The notes under the pieces were generated by a model, which was given only the letters and a program-made list of their open reading frames with translations, searched no databases and had not been told where the DNA came from. From Isurus oxyrinchus (lineage: Eukaryota), in contig JANJGN010000071.1 of the NCBI GenBank assembly GCA_026770705.1, positions 1,426,001 through 1,490,000 on the forward strand: a DNA stretch of 64,000 nucleotides. The letters run 5' to 3'. Shown here piece after piece: positions 24,311 to 38,090 of this stretch. Positions within the stretch are counted from its first letter, which is position 1, and each line of letters opens with the position of its first letter. The position numbers and the translations under genes were made by a program.

Positions 24311-24350
24311 ATGATCGGGAAATCTTACTTCCTCCTGTCACTTCTCCAAG
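24311..24350 (+). CDS. Gene C signal-peptide exon MIGKSYFLLSLLQ
   Basis: Acceptor tctttcag ending 24268, ATG at 24311, phase-1 donor caag|gtaata. Confidence 0.85.
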
Positions 24351-25829
24351 GTAATAACATCGTCAGCTCGGACAGGTTTATGGCTAATAGTCTTTGTAAA
24401 AGATCATTCTTATTGAGTGTGATTGGGAACCGATTCAGCAGTGAGCCAGTGTACAAACTCACACCAAGTCCCATTCACCCATCACCCCTGTGCTCACTGA
24501 TATACACTGACTCCCTGTCTGACAGCAGAATTGGAGGAGAGCAGAGATCTCAGAGGGATTTAGGGTTGGAGGAGGTTACACAGATAGAGAGTGTAGAGGG
24601 GGGATGGTGGGGTAAGAACTCGATGATGAGAATTTGAAATTTGAGTCATTGCTGGACTGGGAGTCAGTGTAGTTCAGCCAGTGACAGGAGAGCGATCCGC
24701 TGACTAGAGAATCAGGAATACCAACTGGGGGATGAGGTCTATCCTGATGCTGGGACTCGGATAACAATGCCCTGAAATTTTGTGTCTTTTGCTGATTTTA
24801 GTCAGAATTTCCCATGAAGACAACACAGCAGCTCCTAGAATAGACAGGCTGTTCAGTGTCACACTTCCTGTCCATTCTCACCATGCTAGATACTTCAATA
24901 AGGGAGCAAGATAACTGAAAGAGAGAGGGAAGGTAAAGCTGTCTGTGTGTAAAGCTGTCAAATATTCTGAGTTATCATGATTGTTTCTGATCTGCTGCAG
25001 AGTTTAAAGTTCTCAGAATATTAGCACTTTGCAGCTCAGAGAGAGACCATTGACTCACTGCCTGAAAGGGCGGTGGAAGCAGATTCAACAGGAACTTTCA
25101 GAAGGGGAACTAGATAAATACTTGAAGGGGACATTTTGCAGGGCTGTGGAGGAGAGAGCAGAGGTTAGAGTGGGACTAATTGGACAGATCTTTCAAAGGC
25201 CCAGCACAGGCTCGATGGGCCAAATGGCATCCTTCATTTCCGGATCATTCTACAATCTGATAAATTAAGCCCCACATCAGTAACTCTTCAGGCTCCTGCT
25301 GCAGGGATGGATCTTTGAGAAGGACAGGGAACAAGAGGTTCCTGGTATCATTTTCATATTTCTTGACAATTATATAAGTGTATAGATCTGTTGAATATTT
25401 GAGTCTCTAAAGCGTAGAGGTAATCTGCTGTTATATCGAGATCTTGTGGTGGCAAAATTGTCTGGAGGTTTCTTTAATTGCTCACATTGATCTGTGGGAT
25501 TGTCATTCATCGATGTTGTCCCTGGTTTCAATTGACATTACACCCTTGATGCAACTGAGGAGGCTTTAAACTAATATGGCAGGGGATCGGATCCCGAGAG
25601 GAGGTTCAACAGAGAGAGATGCAAGGCCAAAATTAGAAGAGAGAGCAAATGAAACTGGAAGGCATAGAAATTATTGGCCATTTAAGGCTCAAGATAGCGT
25701 GGCAAAGTTGGATTGTATTAATTTTAATGCAAGGAGTCTGACAGACTTGCATTCTCCTGCAGGTGTAATGTTGCAGCTCCCTTGAACCTGCCAATATTGT
25801 TGAATCTTTCTGCATATTTCAATGTTATG

Positions 25830-27540
25830 TCATGAACTGAGCTGATGGGATAGTTTCTGAGACTGGGACAGACATAAATCCATTGGCTTTCGGCCGGACC
25901 GGACAATCATGGAAGTGGGTGGGGCCAGAAAATCCCACCCCTATGGGAACATTTTCAGTTAATTTGATGTGCCCAGAGAGATCAATAAAGACCACAATCC
26001 ACAATTTATTGGCAAGCCACGTCAGGATATGTGTGAGAGGTGGAATATCGATCACCGCTCCTAGTCTTGTCGTGTACATCATCGCCATTTCCTGGTTTGT
26101 CAGTCACCACATGTATATGTTCCTGATGGGATAGCGGATGGTCATTCTTATTGCTTGAAGGTTCCCCGTTGTGCAGTGTTTGATTGGATCAGCGCACGGC
26201 TCTTTGTAGCTGCATCAGCCTTTGCTCTCGTGCCCTGCCGCTGTCAATGGCCCTTTCTGCCACAAGCCTTGCAGGATTGGTGGAAAGCTGGGCATTTCCT
26301 TGGTGCCTGCAGAAGGCCACACCTTCCACACGTCTCACTAGGTTTGGATGTTCTAGTGAGTGTGTCAACAATTGATGTTGTACTGAGGACCTGTAAGCTT
26401 CGTTGACCTGCGAGGATCACTTCGTATTTATGTCCATCCTTGAGTAGCTCTTCAATGCTATAGGTTTTGGTCTTATCTAGCAGATCTTTCTGGAAGGCTT
26501 CCATGGGAGTGGATGTAATCACCAACTCAACAACTCTGTCTGCAGGCTCTGTGTTTGAAATCACAGTGCGTACCCTTTTCTCTACATCGGCTGATGAAGT
26601 GGTCTATGGATTGTGTAGGCTGATGAAATGACATAAACTCTAGTTGATGAATATGGAGTTTCACCTGATTCTGAACCTGTCTTCCAATGTTGTCCATATC
26701 TATTGGGGATCCTTTCGCTCTTCTGCTGTTAATCCTGATGTGCTCAGCCTGTGTAGACCTTCATTCCCAATCGCGAGGTGAATTTTTATGGCTTGCTCGT
26801 CTGGTTCAGTCATACCTGAATCAGGAAACCAGAGCTCTGTATGCTGTTTAAACATTCTGAATTCAGATAGTCGGTCAGCTACATCCCAGTTCAAACTGGG
26901 GAATTTAGTGGACATTCTGACAATATTCCTTTGACATTCCTTCTCCTACAGGATCTGGGATGAGTGTCGCTTTAGCCCCTTTCGTGCGCTTTTCCGAAGC
27001 TCCGCCCACGGAGACGGGTTGTGGCAGGAACACACCACGGAGTAATGGAGTCTTTGTTTTTTATTCAATTTGCTGTTCAGCAATCTCGAAGCCGCCCGTT
27101 ATAATCACTAACTTCTCTGGGCTGATTTTTATAATGGTTTTTGTGTGTTTGACTCTCCCTCGCTCACTATCGATCCAGCCCACACCCTGGTCACTCGCCT
27201 TCCCTGACTGAGCTAACCCGCTGCTGGTCCTGGCGATACACACTGTCCCACTCACTGACCTACAGGCCGTATGCTGTAATCTCACCACGAGGGATCCGTC
27301 TGCTCCCCAGCTCTTTACTTGAGCTCTTTCCCGTCACTGTGTCTTCAAAGGTTTCCTGAGCAGTCAGTACACTGCGATTTCAACCCTCTCTGATGCTGTG
27401 TCTCTGTTGTGGTCTGACCAAAGCGTCGAGGGTCGTCTCATGTCATGTAGCTCGATCTCAGGCTGTTCACCACGTCATACCTGTACTGAATCTTGCTGCC
27501 AGAATGTTTGGCCACCACTGATCACCATGTTGTGTTTTTA
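25830..27540 (-). mobile_element. Degenerate Gypsy-type gag region
   Basis: FPSLNWDVADRLSEFRMFKQ; Cys/His knuckle CGRCG..CPAFHQSCKACGRKGH; copy at ~58620-60330. Confidence 0.7.
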
Positions 27541-29633
27541 TAATGATATAAAGGCACCAGCCACTGATACGGAATTGGGTAAATACATTGTGGGTTCAGT
27601 TATTTAGAACAGGGACATGAGAACAGATATACAAGGATAGAAAGCTGGGAGACACCTGCAGCCAAACTGTGTGAGCTGTGTTCTGCTCACAGGCCAAAGT
27701 GAAACTTGGACTGGATGGTGTTATCATCCCAGCTGATGTTACTACTGTGCAAGTCAGATCCCAGGGTGGAGCTCAGCTTGATAGGTCCTAACTTTTATTT
27801 TTTATTTAGGAATGTGGAGTGCGGCTACTGAACAGAGTCACAGGAGTCATCTGATGAACGTCTAACAAAAGAATAAAACATTTATTAAACTAGGAAAGAC
27901 AAACTATATGACATTACTCCTTCACCCAGACCTATACCTTTACAGATACATAAGTAGAACACAAATTACGATAACTATCTTATATTCTCATGTTCACACT
28001 AAGTACACAGTCCGTGTAAACCAATAGACGACCTGTGGTCAGGGACACAACATTCTGAAGCAAGTGGCAGAGCCCACTTGAAACAAATTCTATGTCTCAT
28101 CTGTCCCCAGACGCTTGTGACACTGTGAGCCAACCAGTCTCACTGAAAAGCTTCTTTCATATGAGAGTTTCCAATCTCCACTCTCCAAGAACTCTCTTTG
28201 GAATCTTCTCCAACATGACACTTTCACTCAGACACCTTCCACAAGGGTCCACTTTCACTATTTCAAACTCTCCTTCCCATGTTCCTGCCCCCTGGATCGC
28301 CACGTGCATTCAGCCTTCCTTCCACGCCCTGTCTCTCCAATGCTCAGCCGTGTCAATGGAACACCATGGCTTCACATGGCCGTAGTAATGAGTCACCAAC
28401 CTGTGGTGTCTCCTAGGATCTTCTGGCTTCTCGCAAGCCTATTTTGCTTTAGGTCTGTGTCCTGCTGCTTCTTCCTTTAAGCTTGAAGCCTTCTTCTGCT
28501 CCTCACTCTTAACTTCACTTAACAGGGCCTTTTCCAGATTTGACTAGAAGGTTTTCTTGGGCCCTTTCTCCTGTTCCACTCGATGGTTTTGGCTTCTTCT
28601 TTACTTTGGGACTGACTATCTGTCCCAATCCTTTGCTGCTTCTCCTGGCAACTCCTTTCAACAGAACTGAAAGTACTTTTCTGTTTTTTTCTGTCTCTGT
28701 GGGTCCTTCCCTCTGCATCACTGTTGCCTGGCAACAGCACAGTTTCTTATGCCTTGTATTTGTTTTGACTTCCCTTCAACAGTCATAAAACCTCAATGGA
28801 ATGCTGGCTTCTTTTTAACTCAAGTTCCCCCTTTTCTCAACACCCAAATACAGAAATACAAACTAAACTTGAACTTAAAGATAGACCTTTTGCCTAACAC
28901 ACACAAATACACATAGAACTTACTTAAGCGAACACCAGTTCCTAAAAATCACATGACACACTTCCCCTCGAGTGATGTCATGCTGCTGTCCCTGAAAGGC
29001 ATATTACGACAGTGTTATCACTTGGCAGGTGATGTGTGCCAGGCAGACCAAGTCCCTGAGAGAAACCTGGTCACACTATCATAATGATTTTGCAATTTGT
29101 ATTTATTATGAGATGTGTGCACTTAATTCAGAAGCAATAACTCCACCAATACCTTTAGAGATTTAAAACAATAAATTAACATATTTGTCATCAAAATAAA
29201 GGATTTCAAGCACATACGTAACTACAAGACTGCTATCATAACTCCTAAAATTCCTAATTAACCTGACTCCCAGTTACACTCCCTTTAAGGCAACAGACCA
29301 AAAATAGATGTTAGATTTAAAACAAAATCAGCAAGTTAACCCAATGCCCCGGACAGTGGAATTCCAAATGCATTGTCCCCAACTTCAGTTCTGTTGGAGA
29401 ACAGGCTTCTGCACAAACAGGGTCCTGAGGACCATGAACCAATGTAGAATGAACTTTTCCGCTTTTGTGTCCAGGATTCTCTTCCATCTGGTGTGATACC
29501 TTGTGGAGTTCATTGTGTGTCCTGTAGATGGTCCACACTGCAGCCACTGTACCCCAGTGATGGAGGGGGTGAATATCGAGTCTAGTGGATCAACAAACCA
29601 TCCAGAGTTAAATATTGATATTTCTCTCCCCAG

Positions 29634-30011
29634 TTGGATTGTCACAAGAGTGGAAAGGTGACACTCCACGAGAGGTGACAGCGCAGGAAGGTTCGTGTGT
29701 ACAGATTCCATGTCATTACAGTTATCCATCAGATTTGGTAAAGAAACCACAGGTCGGAATCTGGAAAATGAGAAGATACATACGGAACAAATGGTCTAAA
29801 TGGTCTATAGCCTTTCACTCCAAGGGTCACAGTCGCGAGTTATCACAGTTCCACCATCGGACCCGGCTGTCTGGAGACCTGAAAGATGGCGACTGTTCCC
29901 TGATTATAAACAACATCAGACGGGAAGATGCAGGACCTTATTTTTTCACGATAAAATTTGACAATGGTCCGAGCCATAACTATTACCCTGTAACCCAGCT
30001 TCACGTTTCTG
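29634..30011 (+). CDS. Gene C distal V-set exon (V3), essential Arg replaced by Thr, polybasic C-C' loop
   Basis: 378 nt open, ccccag/gtaagt; ..GIWKMRRYIRNKWSKWSIAF..DAGPYFFTIKF (ACG 29948-29950). Confidence 0.85.
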
Positions 30012-30239
30012 GTAAGTGCTGTGTTATAATTACTCAACAATTCACATTCAACACTCAATGGGAAATAATAGTGTTTGATTTGCTTGTTTTTTGGCCGTGT
30101 TAACCAGCATCACTATTTTTAATGATTTGTCTATTTCTGCTCCCAGATCCATGAGCTTATTGTGTGTGATTGAATCCACATCATAGCTGTAACGTAAACC
30201 GAGCTGAGGGGTGATGACACCTCCCACCTGAGTGAAGTA

Positions 30240-31230
30240 TCTCCTCCCCACTACACCTTCCACCCCTCACACTGTCTGTGTAAACCCCCGTCCCATCTCC
30301 ACCCTCTCTTTCACCTCCAAAGTCCTTGAACGTGTTTCCATCTCCCGAATCCGGTTCCATCTTTCCCGGAACTCCATGTTTGAATCCCTCCAATCAGGTT
30401 CCCACCCCAGCCACTGTGCTGAAACAGCTCTTATCAAGGTCACAAATGGCATCCTGTGTGACTGTGACAAAGGTCAACTTTCCCTCCTCGTCCTTCTCGA
30501 TCTGTCTGCAGCCTTTGACACGCTCGACCACACCATCCTCCTCCAACCCCTCTCCACTGTCGTCCAGCTGGGTGGGACTGCTCTCCCCTGGCTCCATTCT
30601 TATCCATCTCATCATAGCCAGAGAATCACTTGCAATGGCTTTGCAGCATCATCTGAACAGTGTTAGTTTTCACCTGTCCACTGAGGATCCCCAGCTCTAC
30701 CTCACCACCACCTCTCTCGACTCCTCCACTGCTGCTAAATTATCAGGCTGCTTATCCGACATCCAGTACTGGATGGGCAGAAATTCCCTCCAATTAAATA
30801 TTGGAAAGACTGAAGCCATTGTCTTCATTCCCCGCTCCAAACTCTGTTCCCTCGCTACCAACTCCATTCCTCTCCCTGGCAGCTCTCTGAGATTGAAGCC
30901 AATCTGTTCACAGCTTTGTTGTCCCATTTGATCCTGAGATGAGCTTCCGGCCTCATATCTGCGCCCTCACTAACACCGTCTATTTCCACCTCCATAACGT
31001 CGTACGACTTCACCCTGTCTCAGCTCATCTGCTGCTGAAACCCTCATCCACGCCTTCATTACCTCCAGACTCGACTGTTCCAACACACGCTCTACACTCC
31101 ATAAACTTGAGGCCATCCAAAACTGCTGACCACGTCCTTACTCACACCAAGTCCCGTTCCCTTATCACCCGCTCTGCTCGATGACCGAGACTGGCTCCTG
31201 GTCAAGCAAAGTCTCAATGTCCAAATTTTT
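30240..31230 (+). mobile_element. Degenerate L2/CR1-clade LINE RT fragment
   Basis: LVLLDLSAAFDTLDH, LQLNIGKTEAIVF; frameshifted; copy at ~63030-64000. Confidence 0.8.
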
Positions 31231-31284
31231 GAATATTTTTCCTCCCTATTACAGTAATCTCCTCCTTTATCTTCATCCACGGCA

Positions 31285-32240
31285 ACATTCCCTATCTCAG
31301 GAGCCTCCTCCAGTCCCTACAACCCTCTCTATCTCAGGAGCCTCCTCCAGTCCCTACAACCCTCCCTATCTCAGGAGCCTCCTCCAGTCCCTACAACCCT
31401 CCCTATCTCAGGAGACTCCTCCAGTCCCTACAACCCTCCTATCTCAGTACTCTCTTCCAATCCCGAAAACCATTCCTATCCCTGCAAACTCCTCCGGACC
31501 CAACACCCCTCCCTATCTCTTTAACATCCTCAAGCCCCGATAACCCTCGCGATATTTGTAGCCTCCTCCAGTCCTAATAACCTCCCCTATCTCTGCAACC
31601 TCCTCCAGACCGAATACCTCTCCCTATCTCTGTAATCTGGTCCATCTCTTACAACCCTTCATATTTCTGTAACCTCCTCCAGCCCACTACAACCCTCCCT
31701 ACCTCTGTAACCTCCTCCAGTCCCTAAGAGTTTCCTTTATCTCTGTAACCTCCTCCAGCCATTATAACCCTCCCTATCTCTGTAGCCTCCCTCAGCCCCA
31801 GCCACACTCCATATCTATGTAACCTCGTCCTGCCCCTACAACCCTCCCTATCTCTGTAACCCCATCCTGCCCCAAAAACTCCCCCATCTCTGTAAACTCC
31901 TCCAGTCCCTGCAACCTCCCTACCTCTGAAACCTCCACCAGCCTTTCCAACCCTCCCTACCTCTGCAATCCGTCCAGCCCCTACAACTCTTCCTATCCCT
32001 GTAAACTCCTCCTGCCCCTAAAACCCTCTCTGCCCTTGCAGCCTCCTCCAGTCCCTACACGCTCCCCATCTCCATAAACTCCTCAAGTCCCTACAGCCCT
32101 CCCTGTCTCTGCAACCTCCTCCAGGTGCTACCACCCTCCCTATCTGCGTAACCTCCTCCAGCATCTACAGCCCTCCCTATCTCTGTTACCTCCTCCAGCC
32201 CCCACAAACCTCCCTATCTGTGTAACCTCCTCCAGCCCCT
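31285..32240. repeat. ~37-bp C-rich minisatellite (CCCTCCCTATCTCTGTAACCTCCTCCAGCCCTACAA)
   Basis: Degenerate tandem units following the LINE fragment. Confidence 0.85.
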
Positions 32241-32309
32241 GATGGAAGGTGGGTCGAGCGGGTCAGCCACTTGCATGTTTATTCTGCAGCTTTAATATTT
32301 TAAGAAGGT

Positions 32310-33140
32310 AAGAATGTAGGAACATAAGAAATAGGGACAGGAGCAGGCCATTCGGCCCCTCGAGCCTGCTCTCACTGATCTGGTTGTGGCCTTAACTCCA
32401 TTTTCCTGCCTGTCCCCCAAACCCTTGACTCCCTTGTCGATCAAAAACCTGCCTCACTCAGCCTTGAGTCTATTCAATGGCCCAGCCTCCACTGCTCTCT
32501 GGGGAAGAGAATTCCACAGGCTAGCGCCCCTCTGAGAGAGGAAATTCCTCCTCATCTCAGTCTTAAATGGGAGAGCCCTCATTCCGAAACTGTGCTCCCT
32601 GGTTCTAGATTCCCCCACGAGGGGGAAACATCCTCCCAGCATCCACCCTTTCAAGCCCCCTCGGAATCGGATATGTTTCAATAAGCTCACCCCTCATTCT
32701 TCTAAACTCCAATGGATACAGGCCCAACCTGCTCAACATTTCCTCACAGGACAAACCCTTTAATCCCAGGAATCAGCCCAGTGAAGCTTCTCTGAACTGC
32801 CTTCAATGCAAGTCTATCCCTCCCTAAGTAAGGAGACCAGAACTGTACACACTGCTCCTGATACAATCTCACCCTGTGCAGCTGTTGCAAGACTTCCCTC
32901 CTTTTATACTCCATCCCTTTGCAATAAAGGCCAACATTCCACTTGCCTGCCTCATTCCGTGGTGTTCCTGAATGCTGACTTTCTGTGATTCATGTACAAG
33001 GACACCCAGATCCCTCTGTACTGCATTCTGCATCCTGTCTCCATTTAAATAATATCCTGTTTTTCTATTCTTCCTGCCAAAATAATTTGTTGCCATTTTC
33101 CTCAGTATTGACCATCCCCCCAATTCAGCCTCATCAGTAA
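32310..33140 (-). mobile_element. CR1 LINE 3' fragment
   Basis: VQRDLGVLVHES, FKTEMRRNFLSQR..LWNSLPQRAVEA. Confidence 0.8.
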
Positions 33141-33201
33141 ATTTTGAGTCTGGTGGATCCACAAACCATCCAGAGTTCAATATTGAGATTTCTCTCCCCA
33201 G

Positions 33202-33570
33202 CTGAACCCTCACAAGAGTGGAAAGGTGACACTCCACGAGAGGTGACAGCACAGGAAGGTTCGTGTGTACAGATTCCATGTCATTACAGTTATCCATCGT
33301 GTCTGGAAAACCAACCGCGAGGTGGAGTCTGGTTTAATAATGAGGAACAGGTTCCCTGGGCTCCCATTGCCTTTCACTCCAAGGATCACAGTCACGAGTT
33401 ACCACGGTTCCACAATCGGACCCGGCTGTCTGGAGACCTGAAAGATGGCGACTGTTCTCTGATTATAAACAACATCAGACGGGAAGATGCAGGACCTTAT
33501 TTTTTCAGGATAGAATTTGACAATGGTCCGAGCCATAACTATTACCCTGTAACCCAGCTTCACGTTTCTG
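33202..33570 (+). CDS. Gene C proximal V-set exon (V4), essential Arg intact
   Basis: 369 nt open; AEPSQEWKG..EGSCVQIPC..WFNNEEQ..GDCSL..DAGPYFFRIE (AGG 33507-33509). Confidence 0.9.
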
Positions 33571-34383
33571 GTAAGTGCTGTGTTATAATTACTCAACAAT
33601 TCACATTCAACACTCAATGGGAAATAACACAAACTGTGACGTTTACATATTAACACAAAACACAGCTTATTATAACACACTGTCTGATTCTCAATAACCT
33701 GCTAATAGCTTCCAGTTCAGTCCTAAAACAACCTCTAATACTCACTTTAATATCAATGATTAAATGTATTGACTGTGTCCATCAATGTTATCAGGTTATC
33801 CACTTACATCAATCTCCCTAATCCTGTTTAAAATTCTTACATATCAACAAAAGAAAGATTTGCATTTCTATAGCACCTTTCACCACCTCTGGACGTCGCA
33901 AATGGATTCACAACCATTGAAATAATTGTTGAAATGTAGCCCTTGTTGTAATATAGGAAACACAGCAGCCAATCTGTGCACAGGAAGCTCCCAGAAACAG
34001 CAATCTGATCAATAACCTGATCATCTGTTTTAGATGCCGGTTCAGTGATTGGTTCAAATGGATTCTCTCCTGCTGGGAACTGGATAGAATTTAAATCTTG
34101 CAGATTGCGGAGAAAGTAACAAGCCAGTGTGTCAGGAACTGTGAGCTGCTCCCCCGCCCTCACCTGGGATTGTCAATTCAATTGTCTCAAAGTGGAAGTG
34201 AATTCATCTGAGTGACAGAAACTCCACTAAGTCTGAAAATAGGAAATTCTCTCCTGATCGTTGTAACCTCTCAGTTCTGATATCATCCTTGTAAAATTGC
34301 TTTCTCTTGTGGGACTGTGCTTTCTATTTGAACTGATGCTTCATGTTATATTTCTCTAAAAGGATCCATTCTCTGTCTGTTAG

Positions 34384-34680
34384 ATTTCACAGATAAACCC
34401 ACGATATTCCCTGCTGAAATTATTGCAGGAAAGCGTGTGGATGTGAGCTGCACCTTCAACACAACGTGCAATGGAACTGCAGCACCTGTCTTAACCTGGG
34501 ACACTCCCACTGACGTACCTGGATCAGTGTCAAACACTGTAACTCAGCATGGTGTCACTCTGACCTATACTTCTGTTCTGACCCTGATCCCATCACTCAA
34601 ACACCACGGACACACTCTCAGCTGCAGAGTGAGATATCCATCTGTTTCATCGGAGCAGACCCTTATGCTAACTGTAAAAT
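34384..34680 (+). CDS. Gene C D2 C2-set exon
   Basis: 297 nt, gttag/gtaagt, phase 1-1, open. Confidence 0.9.
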
Positions 34681-35029
34681 GTAAGTATGGATTCCCTTCA
34701 TTCTATATTAGCTGTAATAGGATACAATGTGCAGAGCAAGATCCCACAAACATCACTTGAAGACAAAACAGGTCCTTTTTTATTAGTGATATTGACCAGG
34801 GAGAGCTCTTCCTGTATTGAGCCTTGGGATTGTTTATGCCTACCTGATAGGGCAGAGGGGGCCAAGGTTGAACTTAAAAGACAATATAGGATAATATAAA
34901 TATTGTCTTCATTGATGTCAAAGATTTTGGGGGAGATGTAGTATAAAAGTTTAATATTAACAATGTAAATAGATAGTATTTATCATCAGTTACTCAAGGT
35001 CACATGAGAATAGAACACGGAGAGAGATA

Positions 35030-37100
35030 GTTCTATAGATACCTAGGTACATAGAAACTAGGAGCACGATTAGGACATTCAGCCCTTCAAGCCTTCTCCG
35101 CCATTCAATATGATCAAGGCTGACCCTCTATCTCAAAGCCTTATTCCCGCTTTCTCTCCGTACCCTTTGATGCCCCTAATATCAAAATATTTATCAGTTT
35201 CTTTCTTGAATACACTCAGTGACCCGGCCTCCACAGCCTCTGTGATGGAGAATTCCACAGATTGACCACCCTCTGAGTGAAGAAATGTTTCCCTATCTCA
35301 GTCCAAAATGGCCTGCCCTGTATCCTGAGATTGTCGCCCTTGGTTTTAGACTCCCCAACCAGGGGATGCATCCTCCCTCCATCCAGTCTGTCTATCTCTG
35401 TTAGAATTTCTTACGTTTATTCAGGTCTCCTCTCATTCTTCTAAACTCTAGTGAATATAGACCCAGTCGTACCAATTCTCCTCATACGACAGTCCTGCCG
35501 CCCCTGGTATCAGCCTAGAGAACCTTCTCTGTGCTCTCTCGACGGCAAGTCTATCCTTTTTTAGGGAGGGAGACCAAAACGGCACGTAGTACCCCATGTG
35601 CAGTCTCACCAAGACCTTGTATAACTGCAGTAAGACATCCCTACTCCTGAACACAAATCCTCTTGCAATGAAGGCCAACATACCATTTGCCTTCCGAATT
35701 ACTTGCTGCACCTGCCTGTTTACTTTCATTGGCTAGTGCACAAGGACACCCAGATCCCTTTGTACATCCACATTTCGCAATATATCACCATTTAAATAAT
35801 ACTCTGCCTTTCTGTTTTTCACACCAAAGCCTACAATGTCACATTCATCCACATCATCTGCCATGTGTTTGCCCACACACACAACTTGTCTAAATCGCCT
35901 TGAAGCCTCTTTGCATCCTTCTCACAGCTCACACCCTTACCCAGCGTTGTGTCATCAGAAAACCTGGAAATATTGCACTTGGCTCCCTCACCCAAGTCAT
36001 TTATATATATCGTGAATAGTTAGGTCCCAAGCACGGATCCCTGTGGTATACCACTAGTCACCGCCTGCCACTCAGATAAAGACTCATTTATTCTGACCCT
36101 CTGTTTCCTGTCTATCGACCAATTCTCAACCCATGCCAGTAAATTACCCGCAATCCCATGGGCTTTAATGTTGCGCACTAGCCTCATGTAGGACCTTATC
36201 AAAAGCCTTCTTGAAATCTAAATACACCACATCCACTGGTTATCCCTTATCTATTCTACTCGTTACATCTTCAAAATCTCCAATAGATTAGTTAAGCATG
36301 ATTTTCCTTTCATTAACCCATGCTGATTTTGTCGAATCCCATTAAAGCTTTCCAAGCGTTCCATTAGCACACCTTATATAATAGGCTCTAGCGTTTTCCC
36401 CATGACTGATGTTAGACTAACTGGTCTGTAATTCTCTGATTTTTCTCTCCCTTTTTTTTTAAATAGTGGAGTTACAATTGCCACCCTCCAACCTATAGGA
36501 ACTGCTCCAGAGCCTATAGAATTTTGGAGGATGACCACCAGTGCTTCCAATATTTCCAGGGTCACTTCCGTTAGTCTCTGGGATGTAGATTTTCAGGCCC
36601 TGGGGACTGTTCAACCTTTAACCCATTAATCTCTCCAGATTCATTTTTTAAAACTAATCCTGATTATCTTCAATTCCTCCCTCTCACTAGACACTTGGTT
36701 CCCTAACATTCCTGGGAAATTATTTGTGTCCTCTTTTGTGAAGACAGAACCAAAATATATGTTCAGTTCTTCTGCCATTTCTTTGTTTCTCATTAGAATT
36801 TCCCCCATTTCTGACTGCAAGGAACCTACATCGGTCACTGCTAATCTTCTCTCTTCACATATTTATAGAAGCTTTTACAGTCGGTTTTTACGTTCCCTGC
36901 AAGTTTACTCCCATGTTCCATTTTCCCCTTCTTGATCAATCTTTTTGTCCACTTTTGCTGAATTCTAAACTGCTCCCAATCCTCGGCATTGCTGCTTCCC
37001 CTGGCAATTTTATGTCTCCTCCCTGGATCTAATACTATCCCTAATTTCTTTTGTAAGCCCTGGTTGAGCACCATTTCCTGACTTATTTTTACGCCAGACA
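35030..37100 (-). mobile_element. Degenerate CR1 LINE (RT and 3' region)
   Basis: NYRPVSLTSVMGK, TSGIPQGSVLG, KANGMLAFIARG, QRRFSRLIPG. Confidence 0.85.
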
Positions 37101-37229
37101 GAAATGGATAATTGTTGTAGCAAATGCTTCAGCATTATCTTTTGCCCTGATGTGCTGGGCTCCCCCATCATTGAGGATGGGGATATTTGTGGATTCCCCT
37201 CCTCCAGTGAGCTAATTGTCCGTTACCAT

Positions 37230-38090
37230 TGGATACGAGCATTAGTGGACTGTATTAGACCATTATCAAAAATGAAAGCCGGACTCCAGTATGGCCTCAC
37301 TATGATGGATATGACAACTCGATTTCCAGAGACCATCCCTTTAGGAACAATTACAGCTAAAGTAGGAATAGGGAAGCTAACCCAATTTTTTACCCATTAT
37401 GGATTACCGCTGGAGATCCAGTCAGATCAAGGTTCCATCTCTATGTCTTAAAATTTTCCGAACATAATGAGTAATTTGGGTATAAAACAGTTAAAGTCCA
37501 CAGCATATCATCCATAGACACAGGGATCTTTAGAGAGGGACCAACAAACACTCAAAACAATGATTGAAGCTATTGTCATGAACTCCCCATGACTGGGACA
37601 AAGGACTGGATTTTCTTGTATTTCCCACACGAGATTCACCAACTGAATCGGCAGGTTTTAGTCTTTTTGGAATAACTTATGGACACGAGATAAGAGGCTG
37701 TCTGAAATACATCAAAGAAAGATATTCCGGACAGAGGGATGAATCCTCTATTTCAGATGATGTGTCCATGTTTCAGGAACGGCTCATAGGAGCCTCCAAA
37801 GTGGCACAAGAACATCTTATAGTTTCTCAAACAGAGATGAAGGAATGGGGCAGACAGGCAAGCTGTGACCCGAACATCACAACCAGGGGGATGACGTGTT
37901 AGTATCATTGCCTTGGCAGGGGGAGCCTCTGAAAGTGCGGTTCAGTGGTCCCCACAAGGTAATTAGGAGGGTTGGTCAAGTAAATTATTTGATAGACACC
38001 CCAGATTGTAGAATAAAGAATCGGCTGTGACACATCAATATGTTAAAACGATACCATCGTAGGGAGGGAGGTAAAAAGGAGCAGGTATTT
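37230..38090 (+). mobile_element. Gypsy-type integrase fragment
   Basis: MDMTTRFPETIPL..FTHYGLPLEIQSDQGS (rve core D..D), followed by degraded integrase sequence. Confidence 0.7.

Larger units (their letters stand above)
11861..31207 (+). repeat. Segmental duplication copy 1 (matches 45124-64000)
   Basis: Collinear near-identical sequence, offset 33263 at the start and 32793 at the end; shared exons, repeats and TE fragments. Confidence 0.95.
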
